Origin: an uncultured Poribacteria bacterium
GTDB taxonomy: Bacteria > Poribacteria > WGA-4E > WGA-3G
Assembly: GCA_958296135.2 (NCBI GenBank)
Contig: CATQHZ020000001.1
Location: 1,312,001 to 1,376,000 of the forward strand
Reading direction: 5' to 3'
Length of the DNA: 64,000 nucleotides
The position numbers were made by a program, and so were the translations under genes. Positions 29,452 to 39,274 of this stretch are shown here, piece by piece. The notes below the pieces were generated by a model. The model saw only the letters and a list, made by a program, of their open reading frames with translations, had not been told where the DNA came from and searched no databases. Each line of letters begins with the position of its first letter. Positions within the stretch are counted from its first letter, which is position 1.

Positions 29452-30621
29452 ATGCCAGAATTGTATCAGCCGAAGCCGGAACATAAATTTACCTTTGGGC
29501 TGTGGACGGTGGGGAACCCCGGCCGCGACCCGTTTGGGGATGTCGTCAGGCCCCCTTTGAAGCCCACCTATACCGTTGAGAAATTAAGCGAATTGGGTGC
29601 TTATGGCGTCAATTTACACGATAATGACCTGGTTCCCTTTGATGCCTCCGCCGCGGCGCGCGATAAAATCGTTACCGAATTCAAGAAGGCTCTCGAAGAC
29701 TATGGGCTGAAAGTGCCTATGGCGACGACGAACCTCTTTTATCATCCAATCTTTAAAGATGGCGCGTTTACCTCAAATGACCCGAGGGTGCGGGCGTTCG
29801 CAATCCAAAAAACCCTCAGTGCAATCGACCTCGGGGCGGAACTCGGCGCAACCGTGTATGTCTTCTGGGGCGGCCGCGAAGGCTCGGAAGTTGATGCCTC
29901 CAAAAACGGACCGGATACTATCAAGTGGAACCGCGAGGCGATGAACTTTTTCACGCACTACGTCAAAGACCAGGGGTATGCTCTCCGTTTTGCATTAGAG
30001 GCGAAGCCGAATGAACCGCGCGGCGACATCTACATGCCAACGACCGGGCACATGCTCCACTTCATTGAGACGTTGGACCACCCGGAGATGGTAGGGGTTA
30101 ACCCTGAATTCGCGCACGAAACGATGGCCGGGTTGAATTTCATCCACGGGGTCGCGCAGGCGTATGAGGCAGGAAAACTGTTTCACATCGACCTGAATGA
30201 CCAGAAGATGAGCCGGTTTGACCAGGATTTGCGTTTCGGTTCTGAGAACATCAAAGGCGCGTTCTTCCTCGTCAAATTCCTTGAAGATACCGGGTGGGAT
30301 GGGTGCCGCCATTTTGATGCGCACGCCTACCGCACCGAGGATGAGCAGGGAGTCTGGGACTTCGCAGCCGGGTGCATGCGCAGTTACCTGATTCTAAAAG
30401 AAAAGGCGCGCCGCTTCAACGAAGACGCGGAGATTCAGGGTATCTTATCGGAACTGCAGTCGCGCGATGCGGAACTTGAAACGTTGATGGGCACCTATAG
30501 TGCCGAGAACGCTGGCAAACTGCGAGAAATCGATTTCAAACCGGATACGCTCGCGCAGAGGGGCCTCGGCTACGAAAAACTCGATCAGCTCACGTTTGAG
30601 ATTCTAACCGGTGTCAGATAG
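29452..30621 (+). CDS. xylA: Xylose isomerase (short class I type)
   Basis: [47 protein letters not shown]. Confidence 0.96.
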   Translation: MPELYQPKPEHKFTFGLWTVGNPGRDPFGDVVRPPLKPTYTVEKLSELGAYGVNLHDNDLVPFDASAAARDKIVTEFKKALEDYGLKVPMATTNLFYHPIFKDGAFTSNDPRVRAFAIQKTLSAIDLGAELGATVYVFWGGREGSEVDASKNGPDTIKWNREAMNFFTHYVKDQGYALRFALEAKPNEPRGDIYMPTTGHMLHFIETLDHPEMVGVNPEFAHETMAGLNFIHGVAQAYEAGKLFHIDLNDQKMSRFDQDLRFGSENIKGAFFLVKFLEDTGWDGCRHFDAHAYRTEDEQGVWDFAAGCMRSYLILKEKARRFNEDAEIQGILSELQSRDAELETLMGTYSAENAGKLREIDFKPDTLAQRGLGYEKLDQLTFEILTGVR

Positions 30622-30773
30622 GTGATGTCTGACTATCCCCGCTGTTGCAACAAATGGGTATTTTCTCTCCGTAGGGTGGGAGCTGTCCCCCGCAATTCTT
30701 ACACTCAATAGCGTTCTCTCGCCGTAGCGCGGGGGCCTGTCCCCCGCGAACCTTATAATCATTGGATGCTGCT

Positions 30774-32711
30774 ATGAATACGCTTATTATTGCCATCTTG
30801 AGTTTTGTCGGGTTCATTGTCGCCTACCATACCTATGGCAAGTGGCTTGCCCGCAAGATTTTCGGCTTAGATACGCACGCGACGGTGCCGAGTGAGGAGC
30901 TGCGCGATGATGTCGATTATGTTCCTACCAAAAAGGAGATTATCTTCGGGCACCATTTCACGAGCATCGCTGGCACGGGCCCGATCGTCGGGCCTGCTAT
31001 CGCCGTGTTTTGGGGGTGGCTGCCGGCGTTGCTATGGGTGATGCTCGGCTCAATTTTCATTGGGGCCGTGCATGACTTCGGCTCGCTCGTCGTATCGCTG
31101 CGCAATCGCGGACAGAGCATCGGTGAAGTCGCCGGCAGGATGATAGCCCCGCGTGCCAAGTTCCTCTTCCTTTTCGTCCTCTTCGCGGGATTAACCATCG
31201 TCCTCGCCATTTTCGGACTGGTTATCGCCCTCATTTTTTCCTATTATCCGGAATCGGTGCTATCGGTTTGGGTGGAAATTCCGCTTGCTGTCGTCATCGG
31301 CATCTGGATTTATCGGAGAGGTGGGAACATCCTGTGGCCCTCCATCATCGCCCTCGGCGTGATGTATCTCGCGATGGGGCTCGGTGCTTATGTGCTGCCG
31401 ATTGATTTAGGGCAGTGGCTCGGCATTCCGCTGCTCGGGCAGACTTACATGAGCGTTGTCGTCATTTGGACGCTCGTGCTATTCGTTTACTGCTTCATCG
31501 CGTCCGTGTTGCCGGTGTGGACGCTCCTCCAACCGCGCGATTTTATCAACAGCCACGAATTGGTATTGGCACTGCTGTTGTTGGGGCTTGGGCTCGGTGT
31601 CGCTGGTTTAACAGGACAGGCAGACCTTACCGCTTCGGCTCCCGCTATCGCATCGGATATTCCGCCGGATGCGCCGCCGATCTGGCCGTTCCTCTTTATT
31701 ACGATTGCGTGCGGCGCAGTGAGCGGTTTCCACTGCATGGTGAGTTCCGGCACTTCCAGCAAACAGGTTGCCTCCGAAGGCGACGCGCAATACGTCGGAT
31801 ACGGCGCGATGTTGCTTGAAGGCGGCCTCGCGGTTGTGGTGATTCTCGCCTGTTGTGCCGGCATCGGCATGGGCATTTTCAATCGGACCGGCACCGGGGC
31901 GAACTATACGTTTGAGCCTATTCGGGAGGAAGCGCGCTTCCAAAGCGCGTCTACCGCGGGGGAGGAGGGCTTGCCTCCGGTTACCGGGCATGACGCGTGG
32001 CGCACCCGTTACGCGACGCAAACGACGGTGACAAACGCCGATGGCACGACTACCGTCAAAGGCGGTTGGGCAAGCCACGCGCTCAAACAGAAAGTGAGTG
32101 CTTTCGTTGATGGCGGTGGGAATTTCCTCGCTACGCTTGGTATTCCGCTGAAGATGGGGGTTGCGATTATGGCAGTGCTTGTCGCGAGTTTCGCCGCTAC
32201 GACGCTAGATACCGCGACGCGACTCCAACGCTATGTCATCCAAGAACTCGCTCAGACTGCCAACATCAAACCCCTGCAGAATCGGTATATTGCGACTGCT
32301 TTTGCGTTAGTGCTCGCCGCGGCGGTGGCTTTGTTACAGGGACCGAGTGGTCCCGGCAGCGGCGGCTTGACACTTTGGCCCCTCTTCGGCGCGACAAATC
32401 AGCTCTTGGCGGGACTTGCCTTCATGGTAATTGTCTTTTACCTTTTGCGTCGAAACAAGCCGATTTGGTTCGCGCTTTTACCGATGCTCGTCATGCTCGT
32501 CATGCCAGCGTGGGCGATGCTCGATCAAATGTTCGATCCGCAAACAGGGTGGCTGTTTACGGGCAAGTATTTGCTGTTCGGATTTGGTGTTGTCGTGGAG
32601 ACGTTGCAAGGGTGGATGATAGTTGAGGGTATCATTGCGTGGCGCGATGCGCGCGGGAATTATCCGGAACTGCCACCGTTGGAGACGTTTGCTGCAAGGG
32701 GTAAGGCGTAA
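30774..32711 (+). CDS. cstA: Carbon starvation protein A family transporter
   Basis: GHHFTSIAGTGPIVGP, LLQPRD, TIACGAVSGFH, TTLDTATR, LWPLFGATNQLLA. Confidence 0.93.
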   Translation: MNTLIIAILSFVGFIVAYHTYGKWLARKIFGLDTHATVPSEELRDDVDYVPTKKEIIFGHHFTSIAGTGPIVGPAIAVFWGWLPALLWVMLGSIFIGAVHDFGSLVVSLRNRGQSIGEVAGRMIAPRAKFLFLFVLFAGLTIVLAIFGLVIALIFSYYPESVLSVWVEIPLAVVIGIWIYRRGGNILWPSIIALGVMYLAMGLGAYVLPIDLGQWLGIPLLGQTYMSVVVIWTLVLFVYCFIASVLPVWTLLQPRDFINSHELVLALLLLGLGLGVAGLTGQADLTASAPAIASDIPPDAPPIWPFLFITIACGAVSGFHCMVSSGTSSKQVASEGDAQYVGYGAMLLEGGLAVVVILACCAGIGMGIFNRTGTGANYTFEPIREEARFQSASTAGEEGLPPVTGHDAWRTRYATQTTVTNADGTTTVKGGWASHALKQKVSAFVDGGGNFLATLGIPLKMGVAIMAVLVASFAATTLDTATRLQRYVIQELAQTANIKPLQNRYIATAFALVLAAAVALLQGPSGPGSGGLTLWPLFGATNQLLAGLAFMVIVFYLLRRNKPIWFALLPMLVMLVMPAWAMLDQMFDPQTGWLFTGKYLLFGFGVVVETLQGWMIVEGIIAWRDARGNYPELPPLETFAARGKA

Positions 32712-32944
32712 TACCAAATGACGTTGCTTCGTCTCACCGCGGACTCAGACGCGGCAAAGTCTCCAAGCTCTTGGGCATCCGTGCGGATGTCTCTATCCGC
32801 CCGTTTTCTCATTGCATTCCTAGTCCCGATCTTGGAGATTGTAAGGATCGCGAGGGACAGGCCCTCGCGCTACGGTGCAAGTGGCGTTTTTCGTTTCGAT
32901 CGGACGACACGGCTCTATTTGGAAAGAGTCAAGCGGGAGGAGAC

Positions 32945-33928
32945 ATGTTAACGACATGCCGGTTCTATTTGACGCATGCCGCGTTGCTTTGGCGCGTGAT
33001 GCTGCCGCTCATCATTTTAGGTGTTTCGTTTCATGTCGCGATGCTTTTCATCTTCAACCACCGTGTTCCGGATGCCTCATGGAGTTTTGACACCGTCGTC
33101 GGTATTTCGGTAGAGAGTCCGCCTCGCAACCCTGGTGTCAAGGCATGGGCGACTTCTTCCGAATATGTAACGGACTGGACGCTGTGGGGAGTGGGCACCA
33201 AATTCTCATTCCTCAACCTCTATCTGATTTGGCTAGCGATGTGCCCCCTTGCGTTCGCTATTGTCCAACTTCGTCGCGGCACGAACGTCACTGCCCGCGG
33301 CGTGTGGTATCATACTATTCGCAGGATGAGACCGGTTTTGGGTGCCTACCTCTTCCTAGCGATTTTCGGATGCCTAGCGATTTTCGGAATGGGCGGTTTT
33401 TTTCTCCACATATCCAGCGCAGTTACTTTATCCTTCGGGCTCTCCCTGATGCCCATAATTGCGTTGACGGTTAGCGTTCCGCTCGTCTATTTTATGGTGC
33501 GCTGGAGCCTCTACAACCACACTATTCTCAATGAAAACCTACCCATGATTGCCGCGTTTCGCCGGAGTCATAAACTCACGCGGGGCATCATAGGACTGGG
33601 ATGTTGTATCGTGTACCTGGTCCTTATTTTTGCGAGCCGGTTGGTTGCCACGACGATTTTCGGCTTAGCGTTGCTGGTATTTTCGGGGCTCTTTCCGGAA
33701 TTTGCACCGATTCAAGAGGTGTTGCAGTTACCAAAATTTTTCTTATTTTTTCTGGGCGGCTGGGCACAGATAACCTTCGCACAAGTTCCGGATTGGTGGA
33801 CAATCGGCGCGATAGTGGCGATAAAAGCACTCATCGCCGCTATTTTATCACTGATATGGGCGATTGTGGTAACGCATCTCTATCTGGGCAGAGTTTATCA
33901 AACCCCTCCTTCAGGTGGGGGGATGTAG
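32945..33928 (+). CDS. Hypothetical polytopic membrane protein
   Basis: GGAGGAG before ATG 32945; about 6-7 hydrophobic segments. Confidence 0.7.
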   Translation: MLTTCRFYLTHAALLWRVMLPLIILGVSFHVAMLFIFNHRVPDASWSFDTVVGISVESPPRNPGVKAWATSSEYVTDWTLWGVGTKFSFLNLYLIWLAMCPLAFAIVQLRRGTNVTARGVWYHTIRRMRPVLGAYLFLAIFGCLAIFGMGGFFLHISSAVTLSFGLSLMPIIALTVSVPLVYFMVRWSLYNHTILNENLPMIAAFRRSHKLTRGIIGLGCCIVYLVLIFASRLVATTIFGLALLVFSGLFPEFAPIQEVLQLPKFFLFFLGGWAQITFAQVPDWWTIGAIVAIKALIAAILSLIWAIVVTHLYLGRVYQTPPSGGGM

Positions 33929-33992
33929 ATAGGCACATACGCCACATCAAAAAATAAATGTGACAAACGCCATGAAATGTGTTATACTATGT

Positions 33993-34157
33993 GTTGCCTG
34001 TTGGATAGGATTCTCAACCCGTGTGTCTTACACGGGCCCTATCCGCATCATACAGCTGCTGAAGTTGCGGCGGTTTTCAAGCATTTCCAGCGTAGCGAGC
34101 CGTATCGCTCGGGCGCAACCCAAAGGCACCGATGAAGGCGATTAGCACCATAGGCTT
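33993..34157 (+). ncRNA. Candidate structured non-coding RNA
   Basis: Follows GTGACA..TG-TATACT (33960-33989). Stems: GGATAGG/CCTATCC, CCCGTGTG/TACACGGG, AGCGA/TCGCT, and end pairing GCCTGTTGG/CCATAGGC. No convincing ORF. Confidence 0.3.
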
Positions 34158-34421
34158 TCGTTGTGTGATGGGCTTGGTTCTGTAAGTGGAGATGCGCCTG
34201 CACCTGACCTGTCGGGATGGGGCGAGCCCGAACGACAGATTGGGAGAACTCCTTCCTGTAGCGCGAGGGCCTGTCCTTCGCCAAACGCCGGCGAGCGCGG
34301 GAGACAGGCCCCTGCGCTACGGGCCAAGAGGAGGTTCTTATTTTGTAAATCCTAAATCTTCATGCAATCTCAACCGAAAAAAACAGGAGAACTGAACGGT
34401 TCTGCTGTTTTTTAATTTAAC

Positions 34422-34450
34422 TTGACATCAAAATTTCAATATGGTATCCT
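34422..34450 (+). promoter_or_regulatory. sigma70-type promoter for the SpoIVB-like gene
   Basis: TTGACA, 17 nt spacer, TG-extended TATCCT. Confidence 0.55.
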
Positions 34451-34535
34451 ATTTTATGATACGCTTTTTTGTGGGAAAAGACGACGCGAAATCGCTGTCC
34501 AACCGAAATACGATAACAGAAAAGGAGTAAACATT

Positions 34536-36413
34536 GTGAAAAAGGCAACCTGGCTCTGCGCCATCGTGCTAGTCTGCTTCACGGCACTTCACGGCTACGC
34601 AGAGATTAAATGGGACGCGGAGAAGTTTATGCCGCTCACCGAAGTCGAAATTGGCATGGAAGGCAAAGCCTATACCGTATTCTCCGGAATAACCGTCGAG
34701 GAATTTGACTTCAAAGTTGTGAGCGTCGAATACAACTATTTTCCCGGGTGGCATGTCGTCTGGTGCAAAGGCCTGAGCGACAACTTTAAAGAGACAGGGG
34801 TTGCAGGCGGCATGAGCGGTAGCCCTTGTTATATTGATGGACGGCTCATGGGTGCCCTCTCGCTTGGGTTTTTTAACCAGCGTGAACATGCCAATCTTTT
34901 TGGCGTAACGCCGTTTGAATTGATGGTGAAAGTCGCTGAACGCGGCATGCAGCCTAATCTGAGTTACGAAGGCAGGCAGCTCTTTAATCTCAGTTCGGCA
35001 AATGTGGAGGAGGGATTGAATATGGGGCCGTCCCTCTTCGGCGATGGCAAGATGTCCCAGACGCAGCGGCCGTTTGATCTGCGGCTGCTGGAGCGCATTT
35101 CCAACGCGCCTTCTTCCGTAAATTCCGCGCGATTGGGGATTCCGGTCGCGATGCCGCCACTGAATTCGGACATGATGCGGTTTATCAAACCGCTGTTTGA
35201 TAAGTTCAATTTTGAGCCGGTCCAAGCGGTAGGCGGTGGTAGTCCTGTTAAAGAATCGCCTATTGAAGAAGGCCAGATAGTCGGCATGGAGCTCGTCCGC
35301 GGCGAGTTTCCCATTTTTGGATACGGCACCATCACCTATGTAGATGGCGACGAATTACTCGCTTATGGGCATTCCTCTTCCGGTGAGGGCCATGTCAACT
35401 TGCCGATGTCTGGTGGGTATGTGCATTTTATTTTACCGAGCCGCACCCGTTCTAGCAAATGGGCATCCCCAACGCAGTTGATTGGCACCCGTGTGCAAGA
35501 CCGGGATCCGGCCATCGCGGGCGTAATCGGGAAGCATCCGCCTTACATTCCGGTAAATATGAACGTTGAAACAAGCGATGGACAACAGCACGCTAAATAC
35601 TATGAAGTCGTCCGGCACCGCAGTTTCTCTCCCGCTTATACGGGATTGACTGCCTGGTTTATCATGGACTCGCTTGATTTCTATGTGGGAGACTACACGC
35701 TTAATCTCGGCGCGACGATTACCTTGAAGGAACAGCCGGGGCTCACCTCGCGGGAGCTCGTTTTCAAGAACACTTTTTCTTCTCGCGGTTCGCCGGGGTC
35801 CGGTGTCATGCAGACGCTGATGCTGCCGATGTTCCAGTTGATTAGCAATTCATACGCGAAGGTGGCGGTGGAGAACGTCACCCTCGATCTGAAGGTAGAG
35901 GACAAACGGCGGACAGCGGTGATTGAGAGCCTCAGCGTTGATAAACTCCGCTACCGTCCGGGGGAAACGGTCGAGGTGGACATGATGCTGCGTCCTTACC
36001 TTGAAGCACCGGTCGCGCAGACCGGGAAGATAACGATTCCGAAGGATATGCCGGATGGGCAAGTCACGCTGCTTGCCACGAATGCTAGTTTCCATGAGTT
36101 CTGGCAGCGTTCCCGCGCGCCGCTGAATTTCCGCCCGAAAAACATCAACCATCTTGTCGAACTCCTGCAGCGTGGGGAGAGCAACTCTGATGTTATCCTT
36201 GAGCTCTTTGTGCCGCAGCCGGGGCTCACCGTCCAAGGTCAGGAATTTTCCGACCTGCCGACTTCCGTGATGTCTGTTATGAACACGGCGCAGCAGGTGG
36301 GCGAAAGCGGCTACACGATGGGCACGACGCTAGAAATTGACAAAGTCGCGACGGACTACGTTATCTTCGGGAGCGGCATTATCCGCTTTGTGGTAGATAG
36401 AAACGCGCGATAG
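34536..36413 (+). CDS. Secreted SpoIVB-like (S55) serine peptidase domain protein
   Basis: AAAGGAG and GTG 34536, signal peptide, GVAGGMSGSPCYIDGRLMGALS, GTITYVD..LLAYGH. Confidence 0.85.
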   Translation: MKKATWLCAIVLVCFTALHGYAEIKWDAEKFMPLTEVEIGMEGKAYTVFSGITVEEFDFKVVSVEYNYFPGWHVVWCKGLSDNFKETGVAGGMSGSPCYIDGRLMGALSLGFFNQREHANLFGVTPFELMVKVAERGMQPNLSYEGRQLFNLSSANVEEGLNMGPSLFGDGKMSQTQRPFDLRLLERISNAPSSVNSARLGIPVAMPPLNSDMMRFIKPLFDKFNFEPVQAVGGGSPVKESPIEEGQIVGMELVRGEFPIFGYGTITYVDGDELLAYGHSSSGEGHVNLPMSGGYVHFILPSRTRSSKWASPTQLIGTRVQDRDPAIAGVIGKHPPYIPVNMNVETSDGQQHAKYYEVVRHRSFSPAYTGLTAWFIMDSLDFYVGDYTLNLGATITLKEQPGLTSRELVFKNTFSSRGSPGSGVMQTLMLPMFQLISNSYAKVAVENVTLDLKVEDKRRTAVIESLSVDKLRYRPGETVEVDMMLRPYLEAPVAQTGKITIPKDMPDGQVTLLATNASFHEFWQRSRAPLNFRPKNINHLVELLQRGESNSDVILELFVPQPGLTVQGQEFSDLPTSVMSVMNTAQQVGESGYTMGTTLEIDKVATDYVIFGSGIIRFVVDRNAR

Positions 36414-36506
36414 ATTCAAAATCGTTCGGGCTCGCCTGAACCCGAACTCCAACATCTATGATGCAAGTCTTGACAACGTCAAGACGTTCTGGTAAAGGAG
36501 ATCACT

Positions 36507-38672
36507 TTGAAAAACCTAACTTACCGCACGCTTTGCGCGGTGACAATAGGGCTCATCTTAATTGTCCTAATCCACGCCGGCCCCGCCGCTGCTGTGAAAA
36601 CATCGCTGTGGGAACAGCAACAGCGGGCGGATTTTGATGCTGGCACACCGAAAAACCTCTCGCTCACCAGCCAGGGGGAAGTCATGTTAGCCCCCAAGAT
36701 AGAGGGGTTCACCAAATTGAAGGAGACCCAGGTTTGGGCACTCGTTGAAGATTCGGCGGGGAACCTCTATGCGGCGACCGGGAACGAGGGTAAAATCTAT
36801 AAAATTAGCGCGGGGGGCGATACCGCCGAGCTCTTTTACGATTCACCCGAGGTTACCATCTATAGCCTCGCTGTCGCCGCAGACGATACGCTCTACGCCG
36901 GTACCGGGCCCGATGGGCTTATTTACAAGCTCACCGATGCAACCACTCCGCCACAGACGATTTTGAGCAAGGGTGATAAATATGTGTGGGCCCTGCGTTT
37001 TGACGATGCTGGGAATCTCTACGCTGCCACTGGCACCGATGGCAAGATTTACAAAATCACGCCGGAAGGTGAGTCCAGCGTGCTGTTTGATGCCGAGGAA
37101 AAAAATATCATGGCGTTGCTGCGGGTAGAAGATGGATTCTATGCTGGCAGTAGCGACAACGGCATCATCTATCGCGTCATGGCGGATGGCAAGGCAACCG
37201 TTATCTACCAAGCGAAAGAGAAAGAGGTGCGCGATTTGGCGATGGATAGTCAAGGCAACCTCTATGCGGCTGTGGTGACTTCCGCGCCCGCGGAACCGAG
37301 CCGGGGACGGCGTTCAAACGGCCCGCCTACGCCGGCTGGCCCGCCGCCCCCCGGTGGAGGCCCGCCTGAAGAGAACGCCTCTAACATCTACAAGATTCGT
37401 CCTGATGGCACCGCGATGCCGGTGTGGCATTCGCCTGAGCCGCTTATTCTCGCTATCGTGTTGGAGAGCGACACGCAAATCCTAGTCGGCACAGGTGACG
37501 AGGGTAAACTCTACCGTGTCAACCCGATGAGCGGCGATTCGGTGGAGCTCGGCAAGGCATCGGCGAACCAGGTGCTGGCAATTCATCAAGTAGGTGGGAC
37601 TTCTGGTTCCGATTCTGCTCGCACGCTTCTCGCTACCGGCAATCCGGGCAAGCTCTTCACGTTGACAGCGACTTACGTTGAGGAAGGCACGCTGGAATCC
37701 AAAGTTCATGACACGCAAAGTCTGTCGCGCTGGGGGAAACTTTCGTGGGAAGGCGCGATGATGGAAGGCACCGCGGTTGCGTTTTCTACCCGTTCTGGGA
37801 AAACTCGCAAGCCTGATGATACGTGGAGCCCCTGGTCTGACGAACTGATGGCAGCGGCGGGTTCGCAGATTCCGAGCCCGGCTGGGCAGTATATCCAGTG
37901 GCGCGCGAAGTTCACAACTAGCGACACGATGAAGACCCCGGTTCTCAAAAAGGTGACGCTTGCCTCCGTGCAGACGAACATTGAGCCGAAGTTTACTAGT
38001 ATTGAGATAAACGATGGCAGCGGCTCCGGCAGCGACAAAGGGCGGCGCAGCCCCGGCGGTGGATTGCCGCCTCCCGGCATGCGTTCCGGCGGCGATGGCG
38101 GCTCGTCAAACAGCTCCGCTGATACTCCCTCGAAAAAATGGAAGATTAACTGGAAGGTCGAAGATGCCAATGAGGACACGTTGCAGTATACTCTCTACTA
38201 CAAAGCGGTGGAGGAGACGAACTGGAAGCGCGTCAAGAAGGAATTGTCAAAAGCGAATTACGAGTGGGACATCACCTCTGTCGCGGATGGGAGGTATACC
38301 CTGAAAGTAGTCGCGACGGACAAGCTGAGCAACCCGGTCGGCTGGGCGAAATCGGCGGAGAAGATTAGCCAACCGTTTGATATCGATAACACGCAGCCCG
38401 CTGTCGGCGCGATTCAGGTTACGGCGAACGGCGACGGCTCCTACAAAATTGCTTGTGACGTGATGGATGCGATGAGCTCTATCAAGAAAGCTGTCTACAA
38501 AATCGATGACGACGAGCAGTGGAAGGTTATCTTCCCTGACGACGGTATCTTCGATTCCAAGCAGGAGCAGCTCCTCTTGGAGACAGGTGAGCTTGAGTCC
38601 GGCGCGCACACCATCACGATTCAGGTGACAGATCGGGCGCAGAACATGTCTGTCGGCCGCGCGAGTTTCTAG
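36507..38672 (+). CDS. Secreted beta-propeller protein with C-terminal Ig/FN3-like domains
   Basis: Repeated WAL..D..GNLYAATG..GKIYKI blades; Pro/Gly linkers; DGRYTLKVVATD, IDNTQP. Confidence 0.8.
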   Translation: MKNLTYRTLCAVTIGLILIVLIHAGPAAAVKTSLWEQQQRADFDAGTPKNLSLTSQGEVMLAPKIEGFTKLKETQVWALVEDSAGNLYAATGNEGKIYKISAGGDTAELFYDSPEVTIYSLAVAADDTLYAGTGPDGLIYKLTDATTPPQTILSKGDKYVWALRFDDAGNLYAATGTDGKIYKITPEGESSVLFDAEEKNIMALLRVEDGFYAGSSDNGIIYRVMADGKATVIYQAKEKEVRDLAMDSQGNLYAAVVTSAPAEPSRGRRSNGPPTPAGPPPPGGGPPEENASNIYKIRPDGTAMPVWHSPEPLILAIVLESDTQILVGTGDEGKLYRVNPMSGDSVELGKASANQVLAIHQVGGTSGSDSARTLLATGNPGKLFTLTATYVEEGTLESKVHDTQSLSRWGKLSWEGAMMEGTAVAFSTRSGKTRKPDDTWSPWSDELMAAAGSQIPSPAGQYIQWRAKFTTSDTMKTPVLKKVTLASVQTNIEPKFTSIEINDGSGSGSDKGRRSPGGGLPPPGMRSGGDGGSSNSSADTPSKKWKINWKVEDANEDTLQYTLYYKAVEETNWKRVKKELSKANYEWDITSVADGRYTLKVVATDKLSNPVGWAKSAEKISQPFDIDNTQPAVGAIQVTANGDGSYKIACDVMDAMSSIKKAVYKIDDDEQWKVIFPDDGIFDSKQEQLLLETGELESGAHTITIQVTDRAQNMSVGRASF

Positions 38673-38715
38673 CAATCACCGATAGGAGCTATCTCCTGAT
38701 TGCGACACTTCCTGT

Positions 38716-38740
38716 TAGGCGCGCTTTGGAAGCGCGCCTA
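38716..38740. repeat. Family C palindrome (GTAGGCGCG[C/G]TTTnnAA[G/C]CGCGCCTAC); other intergenic copies at 45660, 50928, 54719, 57379, 61346
   Basis: taggcgcgctt-tgg-aagcgcgccta inverted repeat. Confidence 0.85.
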
Positions 38741-38892
38741 TATCCAAGGGAACGAAAAGCACCTATTCCGATAAAGTGCGGTTAGATGCTTAATGTCTAC
38801 AGAACGCGAGCATTGACAGCGTCAAGGCGACCTGGGAAGTCAACCGCCTCTGCACAATTGATGTTCAGCGAACGCATTGCGAACGACGAAAA

Positions 38893-39108
38893 ATGACGAA
38901 AGAACAAATTGTCTCCCAGAACTCACACGTGATGAACGGCACCTTAGTTTTTGCCGGGACCCGTGTTCCTGTTGAAGTTCTGATTCAGCATCTTGTCGCT
39001 GGCGATTCGCTTGATACGTTCCTCTGCAATTTCCCCACGGTCTCGCGCGAGCAAGCCGTCGCCTATTTGCGGCTGACACTGGAGTTCGTGAATGCGCGTG
39101 TTGCTTGA
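38893..39108 (+). CDS. DUF433 family antitoxin
   Basis: VMNGTLVFAGTRVPVEVL..GDSLDTFL..FPTVSREQ. Confidence 0.88.
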   Translation: MTKEQIVSQNSHVMNGTLVFAGTRVPVEVLIQHLVAGDSLDTFLCNFPTVSREQAVAYLRLTLEFVNARVA

Positions 39109-39274
39109 TGAGAATCTCCCGCATCCCCTGAGGCATCTTTTTGCTGAAGGATTTGAAGTTGTCACGGTTGGATACAGGGGTGGAAAGGCAAGGCGAGTTG
39201 ATAACCCTCCACAAGGGGCAAGTTGTGCGCGTGCGCAACTTGACTACCCCGTTGCTTCCGCAATAGCCCCGTAA
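39092..39274 (+). pseudogene. DUF5615 PIN-like toxin, frameshifted and truncated
   Basis: MRVLLDENLP..VVTVGYRG, then WKGK and GEL appear only in other frames; runs into the convergent bioA. Confidence 0.7.

Noticed and set aside
37290-38130. Pro/Gly-rich segments in the propeller protein as repeat insertions
   Set aside because: No GTAG palindrome or match to the repeat families; these are ordinary low-complexity linkers.
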